DNA of 63,377 bases, the filler included, from Octopus bimaculoides (lineage: Eukaryota): assembly GCF_001194135.2 (NCBI RefSeq). It is 6 parts of 4 records of this genome, joined end to end, with 100 filler letters (N's around TTAATTAATTAA, not from the genome) between each part and the next. Parts side by side here need not be neighbours in the genome. Positions count along the whole stretch, not along the records: positions 35,899 to 55,676 come from NC_069000.1; 5 more parts are not named here. The stretch is one strand, 5' to 3'. Within the stretch, counting starts at the first letter, position 1, and every line of letters starts with the position of its first letter. Position numbers and translations under genes: made by a program. The notes below the pieces were generated by a model, which worked only from the letters and a program-made list of their open reading frames with translations, ran no database searches and was not told where the DNA came from. Shown here piece after piece: positions 36,796 through 51,034 of the stretch.

Positions 36796-39700
36796 TATAC
36801 ATGCATACATGAGTACAGGACATCACCAACAGTAAACAACATGAAATACAAAAACAAATGAGTTCAATACGCAAACAGTGAGAGAAACAAATGGAAAACA
36901 GGACAAATAACATAAAGAACGACCCTTCATCAGTTGTCGGCTGTCTATCTAGTCCTCATTTCGGGCATTGAATGACAATATGAGTCTTCAATGACAGTTG
37001 CTCTCATTAGTACCAAAATAAAATTAGCAATTTATGAAGGGTTAAAGTTGAGAACAAAAACAGGACAATGGAGACATACAAAGAAACCAAATGGAAACAA
37101 ACATGGAGGGTTATTAGACCCGAACGAGGGTAAAATAATGAACGCTGGAGAAATATTTTCTTTGACACGAGAAAAGATAGAAGAGAGAGTTAGGATACAT
37201 CCAGTTTTTAGGACAGCTCCGAAAGAAATGAAAGATGATCGCATGAGGAAAAGAAAGAGCAGCCCTGAAAGAAAAGATAGATGATCATGTGAGGAAAAGA
37301 AAGATGAATGATGGTCACATGTGAGCAACGAGAGTAATGGAGAAAGAGGGGAGAGAGAGAGACAGATAGAAAATGGTGAAGGGTAGAAAAAAGGGAATTA
37401 GAGAAAGGATGAGAGAGAAAACAGTATAGAGTAGAATCACATCAAAAAGATTAAGATAAATTTACTTTGTTCAATTTCCTTGTATATCTCCACTGTTTTG
37501 TTTTTGTTCCCAACTTTGACCCTCCATAAATCCCAAATTTTATTTTGGTACTTATGGGAGCAACTGTCTTCGAAGATTCATATTGTTGTTCCATGCTCGA
37601 AATGAGGAGTAGATAGACAGCCGACAACTGATGAAGGGTCGTTCTTTATATTACTTGCCCTGTTTTCCATTTGTTTCTCTCACTGTTCACATATTGAACT
37701 CATTTGTTTTTGTATTGCATGTTGTTTACTGTTGGTGATATCCTGTACCCATATATGCATTTAGGAAGGGCATCCAGCTGTAGAAACTCTGCCAAATTAG
37801 ATTGGAGCCTGGTGTTGCCATCCGGTTTCACCAGTCCTCAGTCAAATCGTCCAACCCATGCTAGCATGGAAAGCGGACGTTAAACGATGATGATGATATA
37901 TATATATAAAAGGCATCCTACATACAAATCAAAGGTTCCATCGAAACCTCCAGACTAACCTAAACTTTTGGGAATCAATACCTACCAATCCACCCTCATC
38001 ATCTCACAATAAATGGAAGAATTTAGCTCCAAGACTTAACCCTCAACATGGTTACTTCAATCATTCAACTAGACACAACCTAACTAGACAACATAACTTC
38101 TCCCTCCACCCACATTACAATATTAAAAATAAATTCAACCCAAACCACATAGACAATATAACAACCCTCAGTACAACCATAATCTAGCCCACTACACAGT
38201 CACTTCACCACAAACATACTACCACAGACACACTTTACACCCACTTTCTCCTCAGCAAACCAAACATAATACAGACTTTCCATAACAATCCACCTACTAA
38301 AATCAGAGAAACAGAGATGTGAAATGGAACAAAATGTACAAGAACAACCGAAAATAATCAACTTATCAAAGAAAATTTTAAGTATTACACAAACTAAAAT
38401 TCTAGCAAGAGGTTTAAAGTTTACTCTAACCCCTTGCAGATCGAACCTGAATGAAATTAAGGATAACACTATGGATTTCTGCCGAAAATTACACCTAACA
38501 GAAGCACTAGCGAAGATGACTCAATAGTAAAAAAACAAAAGTGAATACTGTCCTACAAAAGGCAGAAATAAAGCACTTGATGCTTTTTGTGAATACATGA
38601 CCAGTTTTCCTTTTAATACCCTACAAAAACAACGAATTAAATCCAACCTTAATGTAAATGAATGGAAAGACCTAATTGAGTTAAAAAATGATATAAACCT
38701 CACCATTAAAGAAGCCGACAAAGGAGGTGCAGTAGTGGTAATGGACACAGAGTACTACAAAAAGTTAATACTCTCCATGTTGGAAAATAATATTTACTAT
38801 GAGAAGATAGTACAATACAATCTACAGAAGACACTTAAAAACTTATCCTCTTTACTTCAAATACATGGAAAGGGCCTCACTAAACATGAAATTGACAATC
38901 CAATTTTAAATACAGACCTAGTCTATTCTATGGATTACCTAAAATATACAAAAATCCACATATTTGTAAAGCTTGCAAAGTTTCTCCAAGCCTATGCATT
39001 AATGTTCCTCCCCCTACTGACCTCAAACTGAGATCCATCATTGCTGGCCCTGCTTGTGAAACCCACCGTTTGAGCAACTTCCTCGACATCGTACTCAAAC
39101 TGTTTCTAAAATATGTGAAAAGCTTCATCAGGGATGACTTAGACATGCTTAACCACCCCCCCGAAGAATAATTATATTGGCCAAACAGGAATATCACTCC
39201 GTCGAAGAACCACTCTCCACAAAGAACAAATCCGCCAGCCACAATACAGACAGATGCAGGTCAGTAGACACATAGAAAGGTGTGCGAGGAATCTTAATCC
39301 GAATTTCCTAATTTTTCCCTCCTACCAATGTTCACAGAACACCTCAATACAACAAAGAATGAATAAAGAGGCAACTTTCATCAATAAATATCTCCCACAA
39401 CTAAATATGAACACATAACATAATACAGAACACTACTAACCTTTCAATTAATACCACTAACCCCCATACATCCCATACACCATTCACATTACAGATCTAT
39501 ATCTACCCTAATTGCACCAAATCCAGAACTACTTACCTCCTTACACATAATCTTTTTACTCAGGGACTAGTAGACCTGATACCATTCAGTAAGCGGTGTG
39601 CATTCAAAGCAATGATTAGTAACATTACGAAACCGGTATGCTTTTGAATCTCTTTTACAATTCACAATAATGACTTTTATTACTTTTATTCCTACCTCAG

Positions 39701-40610
39701 TTCATCTACTTGTATATATCTATCATTAAAAAGCCTTTACTTTTTTTGATTTCCAATGTGCATTTTCACTTATTTTTCTTCTTACTTTCCCCCCTACATT
39801 TCTACAGGTAGTTTCTATTTTGTTTTTGTAACATATTTCTATATATATATATATATATTATATTATCATTTGATTGAACACCACGCATCCATTTCCAACT
39901 AAGTTTATTTTAATCTTTTTGATGTGACTCTATTCTATACTGTTTTCTCCCCTATCATTTTCTCCCCTATCGTTTTCTCTCTCATCCTTTCTCTAATTCC
40001 CCTTTTTCTCTCCTTCACCATTTTCTATCTGTCTCTCTCTCCCTCTCTTTCTCTTTTACTCTCTTGTTGCTCACACGTGACCATCGTCCATCTTTCTTTT
40101 CCTCACATGATCATCTTTCATTTCTTTTGGGGCTATCCTAAAGACTGGATGTACCCTCTCTCTCTCTTCTATCTTTTCTCTTGTCAAAGAAAATATTTCT
40201 GCAGCATTCGCTATTTTACCCTCGTTCTGGTCCAATAACCCTCCATGTTTGTTTTCATTTGGTTTCTTTGTATGTCTCCATTGTCCTGTTTTTGTTCTCA
40301 ACTTTAACCCTTCATAAATTGCTAATTTTATTTTGGTACTAATGGGAGCAACTGTCATTGAAGACTCATATTGTCATTCAATGCTCAAAATGAGGAGTAG
40401 ATAGACAGCTGACAACTGATGAAGGGTCGTTCATGTTACTTGTCCTGTTTTCCATTTGTTTCTCTCATTGTTTGCGTATTGAACTCATTTGTTTTTGTAT
40501 TTCATGTTGCTTACTATTGGTGATGTCCTGTACCCATATATGCATATATATATATTATTTATATTATTATTTGATTGAATGCCACACATCCATTTCCAAC
40601 TAAGTTTATA
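36790..40610 (+). mobile_element. Internally deleted Penelope-like element with inverted and direct pseudo-LTR copies
   Basis: ORF remnants IINLS...LARGLKF, LTIKEADKGGAVVVMD, LRSIIAGPACETHRLSNFLD (38330-39150) and a C-terminal tail ...RHIERC...KEATFI..LN (39240-39410). The repeat at 39900-40550 recurs as a truncated direct copy (37470-37760) and an inverted copy (36790-37462). Confidence 0.8.
37762..37897. mobile_element. RTE-tail-type short repeat
   Basis: TTAGGAAGGGCATCCAGCTGTAGAAACTCTG...GCGGACGTTAAACGATGATGATG, near-identical to 19618-19752. Confidence 0.75.
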
Positions 40611-40849
40611 TATACATATATATATTGTCAGTAAATCATAAATCTGAAAGAGAAGCACTCTCTAAGTAATAGAGCAGTAGAGTAATTAAATAAAGATAGC
40701 CATGGCTGGTCTATGGGGTTACCCTGGGTTTCACATCCATAAAGTGCTTAACTTTATGACATTTCTTCAGATCCTAATGGCTGGTGGTCTATAACCTCTC
40801 TACAAAGTGGAGTGAGAAATGACCTCTTTACTATTTGTTGACCACTCGG

Positions 40850-41400
40850 ACAAAAGGTTAAGTGCAAGGGATTGTCTCCCTTAGACCACTAACTGTAGTC
40901 TATTTGGTTGGTTTGTGGGTTCTAGGACTTCAGTAGGAATCTCCTGAAGTGTAACCAGGGTCTGAAGGCTTCCAACCTGAAATTTAAGATGTTCCCTGGG
41001 TCGAGTGATTTCCTTGATATTCTCACCTGTTCAGCTATGCACTGCTTGCTCTCATTGATGTAGAGGCTCAGTTCTGGGATCTCACATGAGATTACACGTG
41101 GAGTTCCTTTGTCCTTTAGGCGCTACATGTAATTAGCCAAGGATGTGGTGCATTGCCTTTCTGGGATCCTGAATGAGAAATTATGGTTGGAGAGGTGCTG
41201 CTTGTAAGTGTTTCACATGTGGTGCCTGAAAGAGGAAGGAACTCTGCACATAATCTCATGGAAGATCCTAGAAGAACCAGGCCCATATATCAGTGGGAGC
41301 AAACATTGTAACCTGTGCATAGCTGAATGGGCAAGAATATGCATATGTTCGTTCTTGGTAAACTGGAATGGAGTATCCCTGGTATATTTTGCAAATACTT
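40850..41400 (+). mobile_element. Decayed PLE GIY-YIG endonuclease C-terminal fragment
   Basis: ISWKILEEPGPYISGSKHCNLCIAE resembles the PLE motif IxWxIL...PY...KxCxLC (recalled). Confidence 0.55.
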
Positions 41401-41419
41401 ACTGTATCACTAATTATTT

Positions 41420-43720
41420 GTATTTGAAAAATGCAAATCACTTTGTTCTTTGAAACACCTAATATTTCTAGTCTTTTATGCATAACTGTTGTTATATAAT
41501 TCATTGCACTGTTTAGCCTAAATCTAAGAGCTCTAAATTTCTCATTAGTTCATCAAAGATGTTTTCTTTTCCCCAATTTTAGACAAGGCCTTCACATCTG
41601 CTGGGCAGTTGACCTCAACAGCTGTGCATGATTTTTCCTTCTCTTGCAGAAAATATCAGGTCTTTTGGTGTTTACAGTGTGTCACTGACTTTATGGAAAT
41701 GTTTTAAAGCAATTCCTTATTTTTGAAAGGGTGGGTACTCTCTGATTCTGGTGTGCCTTTGATGTGGCCATCCGGAGATCTTTCCTGTGGATAGTATTGT
41801 AAATGGTTTTAACAATAATGTCACGTCTCATGTGAAGGTAGTTACTTGAGAACATTTTTTGAACAGCTGTTGATGATGTGGATATCTTCCCCTTTGGCAT
41901 CATACAATCAACATTTCTATCATTAGTATGGATATTTAGAGGTATCCTTATCTCTCTTATTGTTAATGTATTTATTTAGTGACTATTTTCTGTTCTTAGA
42001 TAGCAAAAGCATTTCCATGTAGGTGAAATGTGATGTATGTAGCACAGGTTCAAGAGAAGCTACTCTTCCTCTCAATGTTGTTGGTATTCTCTGTGATATG
42101 TACCCATACATAACTTTCTGTTGATATGACGGAGTGTTTCTCCTCCAAGTTTCTGTTCAAGTAGGTTAATCCAGCTTCTCTTGGCTCATATGGAACAGCT
42201 GTACACTCAGAATATCTATTCAGAAGTTTGTCACCTAATCTCATGATATTCTTATTGTCACTGTTGAGTACACGTGATATTCTCATTTCTCCCTTTATTG
42301 TTGAGTGAAACAACACTGAAGTTAAAGGTTGACTATATGCTTTTGTATAGATACTGTCAGTGTCATTGTTGATGTGGAAATTATCAGTGGTGGTTAGAAT
42401 CTTTCTTGATTTGATGTTCAAGTTTCAAATCTCTTCAAGGGCCCTGTCCAGTACCAACATTTATATACTCTTTGAATGCAAACAGCTTTGATTTCAAAGT
42501 CTACAGAACTATAATTTGATCACTGTCACTTTACTCACAGCCCCAACATTTGCATTACTTGTGTCAATTCCAAGGTACATATAGCATTCATTATTGGAGA
42601 GGGGAGATAGACAAGCCTTTGATATCCATATTACTTGCCTGCGCAACAATCTTTCCTCAACTGACTACCAAGTATGAACTTACTTTCACTAAATTCTATT
42701 CATGTCTCATGAAAATGTGACCAAGTGAAATTGTCTCTTACTGGAATCTCACTGGAATACAGGTAAAAGTCATCAACCAAAAAAGGTGTTGGTAACATGA
42801 ATTTTTCTCTCCTCTGCAGATCTTGTCATGTAGAGTTTGCATTTCTTCAACAAAGCTGATAAGGTGTTCATTGCCAGAACAAAAAAGATTGCAGACAAGC
42901 TATTACTCTGAAATATTCCTCTTGATAACTTAATTCACTAGCTGTGTGGACCATGTTGTCAGCTTCTTAATAGCATCATCTATAGCAGATGGAATCTTGG
43001 CAAAGTGTAGTGACTCTATACATGAGTGAGAGACTGAGTCAAACACTTTATAATTTAGCCATACAATCTGTAAACTTTTGTATTGTTGTTTCTTTCCCTT
43101 AAACTGCTGTTTGGCATAACCCAAAATTCTATTCTTTTTTCCTGTTTGCTCTTCATTCATCAAGCTGTGTGTTTTGCAGTGATCTTGGGGGAAATATTCA
43201 AGCAACATATTTTCAGCTTATATAAAGCATTTAAGCACTTATCAGGTATGTAGTTTTTGACCTCATATTTCTCATGCTTTTAGGCACAAGTGTAGTCAGT
43301 ATAACTACCAAATAGTCAGTGTAACCGAGTTCAGCGCTTATTGTTTTTTTTTAATGTATTGGTTAGGGTTTGCCTGTAGAAGCATTCTGTAGCAATAAAC
43401 AACTATAAGGTCTTTTCCAGATAGTTTTCTGTTTAATAGTTTTGTAACAACCATCAGAAGAGTTTCACTATTGATGTTATATGTTTACAGAGAGAATTTC
43501 CACAGTACTCCTTCTGTGGCTCATTTTACCATATTACATTGCAGCCATGTTGTTTGTTTATATTCCAGATTCCTTTTCATACAATTGATACATATCTTGA
43601 TTCAATTAAAAATTCCATTGGAAATTCTCTTGACAGTTCTGAGACTAGCAATAGCTCATCCTAATTTTCTATACCAACTAAATTTCAGTTTGATTTCATT
43701 GCTTGATAACTACTATGATC
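41420..43720 (-). mobile_element. Decayed R4/Dong-type non-LTR retrotransposon (RT, CCHC knuckle, restriction-like endonuclease)
   Basis: Minus-strand remnants: KGIW..N; EEQTGKK...VWLNYKVFDSVSHS; EDIHIINSC...RRDIIV (CCHC/RHD region); KRPDI and VEVNCPAD (PD-D/ExK). Many stops and frameshifts. Confidence 0.75.
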
Positions 43721-44140
43721 TTTAAAAAGGCACTACTGCTTTGCTTTTATCTGAATTTTTTAAAAATATTATCATTTATTACCATTATTTTTACCAGGCT
43801 TGTACAATGACAAAAGTTTTAGGTGAAAGTATTTATTATATGGAAGAATGAAGTCTTCTTATGCTGACATGACTGAATATAAGGCATTGTTGGTCTGCAT
43901 GTATGTATGTGTGGGTGTATGTATGTATATCTATATATGTATGTGTGTGTATGTATATATATATATATANNNNNNNNNNNNNNNNNNNNNNNNNNNNNNN
44001 NNNNATAAACGATGATGATGATGATGATGATGATGATATATATATATATATCTATATACATACATACACACACACACATATACATACACACACGTGTGTA
44101 AGTATATTTATGTAAATGTATGTATGTATGTATGTAAATG

Positions 44141-44185
<45 letters not shown>

Positions 44186-45579
44186 TATATAATATATATA
44201 CACACACATACACACATACATGTGTGTGTGTGAGATTATATATTGATATATTGTGCAGGTAATGTCACTGAACATGATCAATAGTCTTGTTGGGATGGGG
44301 ATGTAGGCTATAAGAAGGGGAGAAAGAGAGAGGAGGACATGATGTAAGAAAAAAAGGCGTGGAGAATATGATAAAGGGAGGAATGGAAGAAGAAAATAGT
44401 AAGAAGAATTATTTGAAAAACAGTCTAGGAAAAAGTATCAGATGAGAAGTGAAGGTGAAAAATCAGAAAAAAGCACTAAAACAAATAATAAATGATGACA
44501 TCATCATGTACAAAATGCAATACAAAGAAAAAGACCAAAGACAAAATAAAAAGATAACAGAAACATGTAGAAAGAAGAGAAATAACAGAAAAGAAATAAA
44601 AGATAATTGTAAAATGTTAAAGAAAGGGTGAAAGACGAGTGGTAAAGAAGAAAGGAAATACACACACACACACACAGAGTGAGAGTTGAAGAAAGTAAGA
44701 AAAGTCGACACTAAATTAAATGAAATTTAACTGTCATGTCTGACTATTTAGAAGGAGACAAAACTCACCGGGGTTTGTAGTTACATACAACAAGCAATTT
44801 AGTTTGTTATTCTTGCTTTGACAGCAGTAATAAGATGATAACCACCAAACAGTAAAGGCAGACAACAGAGACAGACTAGATGCAGATGTCAGGCAGTGAT
44901 ATGCCAGGAAAATGAATTCCAGATTCAAGAAATCAGTGAACATAGTTACTGAGAGAGAAGAAGAAAAGGAAAGGTAAGCTAAGCAAAAATATTTTCCAAT
45001 CATATCATTCTTTACAGTTATGTTTGAATCTCGCCAAAGTTAACTTTGCCTTCCTTCATTTTGGGTAAAGTAAAGTGCCAGTCAAGTACTGGAGTCATAA
45101 TGAACTATATTCTCACAAGTTTTTGGTTTGTGTTTATGATAGAAACAATTATTACTTTGCAGTTAAATCTCTGCCAAGGTCTTCTGAGGTGGAGTAGGGT
45201 TGATAAATTACAGTGAAAATTCAGGCACTGAACAGACACCTTCACCATCTAAAGGTATGGCTTTGTGCCTAGCTCATGTATTTATCAATGTTGTCATTGT
45301 TGTTGTTCATCCCCAGTTTCACAATTCAAAGGAGCCTCAAAATAATGAAAAGCATGTTTTCAATTTTTGTGAAATCTTTTTTTAACATGAGTTCTCCAAG
45401 CATTATATAGCTTATGGTCACACCAAGTCTAAATCAGGCACTATTTAGCCCTGCAAGTCAGCTCTGATCCAAAAGATTCTGCATATTGTGTTCACATTTT
45501 TCCCCCCAAAAACATACTAAATTCAGGACAACATTATTCAGAGAATCCTTCCCAACAGAAATTTAACAGTGATTATCAA

Positions 45580-46369
<790 letters not shown>

Positions 46370-46379
46370 TTAAACACCT

Positions 46380-46720
46380 CAAAAGTTTTGGGCAAGAGTC
46401 TTCTTCTATACCTTCAGGTCAACGAATGCCTTGTGAATGGATTTGGTAGACAGAAACTGAAAGAAGCCCATCGTGTATATATATATGTATATATTTATGT
46501 GTGTCTTTGTGTTGGTGCTTGTCCCCCCACCATCACTTGACAACCAATGTTGGTGTGTTTACATCTCCATAACTTAGCATTTTGACAAAAGTTACCGATA
46601 GAATAAGTACTAGGCTTACAAAGAATAAGTCCTGGGGTCGATTTCTTTGACTGAAAACCCTGTAAAGTGATGCTCCAGCATGACTGTAGTCAAAATGACG
46701 GAAACAAGTAAAAGAATAAA
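46380..46720 (+). mobile_element. 5'-truncated SINE family B
   Basis: TTTTGGGCAAGAGTCTTC...GAAACAAGTAAAAGAAT. Confidence 0.85.
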
Positions 46721-46840
46721 ATAACTATATATTTATTTGATGGAAAGTAGATTGGTGTATAAAAATGGGTTGTAGCATCTAATCACTTATATTTCCATTC
46801 TCAGTTCAAACCAGTTCAACACAAATTTTTGTCTTTCATT

Positions 46841-46887
<47 letters not shown>

Positions 46888-47453
46888 TGTGTGTGCATGT
46901 ATATAATTGTTTAATATGTATGTATATATTACAGTTATATGCATATACATGCTCAGTCAAGAGAATGACCAATGCTTGTTAATGAATTGTTCATAAAAAT
47001 GACTTTTTAGCTCAACTACTGATTTCCAACTAATATGTAGAAGTCTTACTCTATCTCTCTCTGTCTTTCTTTCTCTCTCTCTCTTTTACATATATATACA
47101 CATACATGTAAATATACATTTGTGTGTGTGTATATATCATTATATATATATAAAACTATGTGTGTCTGTCCATCTGTCTGTATGTGGGCATCACTAAAAT
47201 TCGAGAACTACCCAACCAATTTCATTCAAATTTTATGCATGCTTTACTTAGGGTCCATATAGTGTTATGGGCAAAAAAAAAAAAAATTCAACTTCTTGCC
47301 TAATGCGTGCCTGGAGCAATCTCTTATCTCTTACACTATTTCAGTATTACATGCCAAAAGTGAAACCATGACATCTCTATTGGAATGAGATAATACTATT
47401 ATCTCACATATATACATGCATACACACACACACAAACATATATATATTATGTA

Positions 47454-47509
<56 letters not shown>

Positions 47510-47578
47510 GTATGTATATATATAGATTTATATGTATATATGTATAAATATGTATATATATATGTGTATATATATATG

Positions 47579-47609
<31 letters not shown>

Positions 47610-47989
47610 TAATATATGTATGCAAGTATATATGTGTATATATATGTACATATGTATGTATATGTATGTATGTATATGTATGTATGTATATGCACAGGTA
47701 CTTCCTGTACTCCAAATCTTAGTAAAATCATTCAATNNNNNNNNNNNNNNNNNNNNNNNNNNNNNNNNNNNNNNNNNNNNNNNNNNNNNNNNNNNNNNNN
47801 NNNNNNNNNNNNNNNNNNNNNNNNNNNNNNNNNNNNATATATAAATCAAAATAAGCAACAAGGATATTCAAAGTTAATGCAGTATGATAGCTTCATGCAG
47901 CTCTATTTATTTAAGCAGTGTGAACATTACATTAATGGGTGTATATATGTATAGATATCTGTATCTATATCTATATATCTGTGTCTTCA

Positions 47990-50987
47990 CCACCACCACC
48001 TCATCCCCAAAGGTTTCTGCCGCCATTTTCACCCCACTTTCCGCTCTGCTTCAGCCATCCTACCCATACTCTGTTGTTCCAAACTCTCCAAAATATATAC
48101 CATCGACTGCCTTCTCCCTCTCACTTATTCCATCTTTTTCTCCTCTCTTTCATCTTCCTATGCACATTCTACTCTACACAACATAATCCATTTAAATCAT
48201 CTCTTCCATGAATTTCTCACTCACACTAAACAACGTAAACTCCACTCACTCCTCCATTCCATCATACCCAATGCCACTACCCCACCCCTCTCACATCTAA
48301 CTCATCCACCCCTCCCCACTTCAGTCTGTTGTTACCATTCCTCCTAATCTTCCCCTCTCTTAGGCAGAGTGCTCTCTTCTCAGTAGGGGTCTGTGCTTCA
48401 TCCAGTAATGAATTTCAGACCTGTGCTGATATTCATAGCTTCGTGTCAGGCTCTACGCACTATTCCACAACCCTCTAACCTGCATCTAATGAAGAGGACT
48501 GCTTCATCAACCTGGGCTGCCAACCATCCCACTGAATGCCAGCTCTTGGCCAGTACCAAGCAGTTGATCATTTTGCGGGCATCTGTCAACGTGTTGTGAA
48601 ATGGTTTAACTTTCGCAGGCATCCCCAACATCTGAACATCTCCCCAGTCAAACTATTGGCCCTTTGATGTCTCTGACGCTGCAAAGACATTATCATGAAA
48701 CCAGCCAACAAGGTGGAGCCGTGGTGGTGTGGTGCACAGACCTCTACAAAGCTGAAGCTCTCCGTCAACTTCAAGACACCTCCTTCTATTGCCCTCTGCC
48801 CGCCAACCCCATGCCTAGTTACCAACAAACTGTGTCCACCCTATCCATGACCTCATCTCCTCCTCCTGTCTCTCTCCCACCACCTCCAACCTCATTGTCT
48901 GCTCTCCTCGCACCCCCACCATTTACTTCCTTCCCAAAATCCACAAACCCAACAACCCTGGCTGCCCCAACATCTCCACCTGTAACTGCCCCATGGAACT
49001 GATCTCTAAATACCTCAACCATGTCCTTGCCCCCATCCCCTAGTGGCTTCCCTCCCCTCACACATCCACAACACTAACCATCCTCTTCATCTTTTCAACT
49101 CTTTCTCCTTCCCTCCTGACCCCTTTAAACTTTTCTTGATATCATGAGTCTATATACGGTGATCCCACACCACGAAGGACTTCTTGCCCTCAAACACATC
49201 CAGACTTCTTCGTAATGATCAACCGAACATGTTTTCTCCCTCAACTGCTTCTTGTTCACGGGGCAGTTTTACCAACAGGTCTCAAGAGTGGCCATGGGAA
49301 TGAGAATGGGCCCCCAACTATGCGAATGTTTGTTGGCTACGTTGAATTATACGGTCATTATATTGATGACTGAATTGGTGTGACCTCACTCTCCTGTGAA
49401 CAACGTGACTCCTTCCTCTCTTTTGTCCAATCCTTCCATCCTACCCTCGAATTCTTCTGCACCATTTCTAACACTTTCGTGACCTTTCTCGACATTTCAG
49501 TCAACATACGCAACTCCGCTCTCACTACCTCCATCCACTACAAACACACTGACACTCATACCTCAATATCTCCTCCCACCCTACCCACACCAAGCTCTCC
49601 ATACCCTACTCCCAATTCCTCTGTCTGCACAGGCTCTGCAGTAAAAACCATGACTTTGAGACTCAGTCTCAACTCATAGCTCACCACTTCATCCTTTGTG
49701 GATATCCACACAGCCCTTACCAGAGCACGTTCCATGGACTGTGCTTCTGCTCTCTCTCCCCGCACCCACCTCGTTACCCATCTTCTGTTTCGCCTCACCT
49801 ACCACCCCTCCACCTTGCTCCTCCAATGCACCATTCTCTGAGCCTTCCAGTGATTCCAGTCCGATCCTTCTACTTTGCACATCTTACCGAACCTACACCT
49901 TCCCTCCTTTAAATGAGCCCACAACCTACGTGACCTCCCAACCTGGCTTGTTCCCCTGCTCCCACCCACGCTGGCACACTTGCCCCTACCTCTCCAACAC
50001 CACCATCCTCACAGCCACCCATCATCATCCCTATCATATCACTGACTCCTTTACCTACACTTCTAGCAACATCATTTACTGCATCTTCTGCTCTTTCTGT
50101 CCTTCTCTGTACATTGGTCAAATGGGACGCCAAATGGTTCGTGGAGCACCTCCGAGACATTAGACTTGGCAACCATACCCCAGTGTCACACCATTTCCAC
50201 TCTACCAGTCATTCATTGCAACACCTGTCTGTGTTTGAATTGTCTTTGCACAGGGGCCATCCGGACTCCCACCTTCATCGTGAACAGGAATTAATCTTCT
50301 CTCTTCGCTCATTTGCATCACATGGGCTCAACTCACCTCCCCTCTTCATCTGACTCCCTTCCTCTCCTCTCTTCATTTGACATCTACTTCCTCTCTTCAC
50401 TCCTACTCAACTCTCCTCTCCTCTCTTGCTCTGACACCTACTTCCTCTCTTCACTCCTACTCACCTTCTCCCTTTATTGATACCCCCCTCTATCCACGCC
50501 CCAACCCCAACACTGCCACACCACATCTCACCACACCCGTACACACTAGTACTGACCACTTCCCAGCAACCACACCATTATGCATACACCCACACATTAC
50601 AGACACACATACTTACACACACACACACACACACACATATCCACATGTCAAAGACACCAACCCCTATCCACATCCACACACTTACACACTCTCATATACA
50701 CACATGCATGCGCACCTTCATTTTGGGATCACCAATAATTTATTACCTCTCCTTCTTCCTAGTTCTTCTGTCTAACTATCTTTGTCCAGTCAGTCGCCAT
50801 GATTGACCACTAACTCCAAAAATTTTTTTATTCTCTCCCTCTGTTTATTTCTTCATGCTCCTTTCTGTTGAAGAGCATAGGCTTGAAGCGTAAAAGACTT
50901 TCCCATCTTCCTGTGCATCAAACTAATACACCTGATTGTTGTTTATACACCTGTCTTTGTCTTATGTTTTTCTGTAAATCTCAACTA

Positions 50988-50990
<3 letters not shown>
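47990..50990 (+). mobile_element. Near full-length decayed Penelope-like element (RT + GIY-YIG) with 3' pseudo-LTR
   Basis: LLSRGLCFI; KPANKVEPWWC (degraded KPADKGGAVVVW); LLPKIHKP; GVAMGMRM; HYIDD; TFLDISV; SSNIIYCIFCSFCPSLYIGQ; PVSHHF; REQELIFSLRSFASHGLN* (stop 50351-50353). Frameshifted. Confidence 0.9.
50861..50896 (+). ncRNA. Variant minimal hammerhead-like motif in the PLE pseudo-LTR
   Basis: CTTT-CTGTTGA-A-GAGC-ATAG-GCTT-GAAG-CG-TA-AAAG. Stems I and II pair, but the core has A6>T and A15.1>G. Confidence 0.5.

Positions 50991-51034
<44 letters not shown>

Noticed and set aside
36991-37284. 97-aa ORF repeated on the opposite strand at 40071-40358 as a duplicated small gene
   Set aside because: It lies inside the pseudo-LTR repeat, has no recognisable domain, and the copies differ by indels.
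37590-37645. GAAA...CTGATGA in the PLE pseudo-LTR (also 36920-36965, 40385-40425, and a similar order at 26770-26810 minus) as a type II hammerhead
   Set aside because: A short stem II is possible, but neither stem I nor stem III can be formed from the ~25 nt between the boxes.
47160-47400. Possible Helentron/DINE-like non-autonomous element (TGTCTGTCC... CCAATTTCATTCAAATTT)
   Set aside because: Resemblance is from memory only; no termini or second copy in the window.
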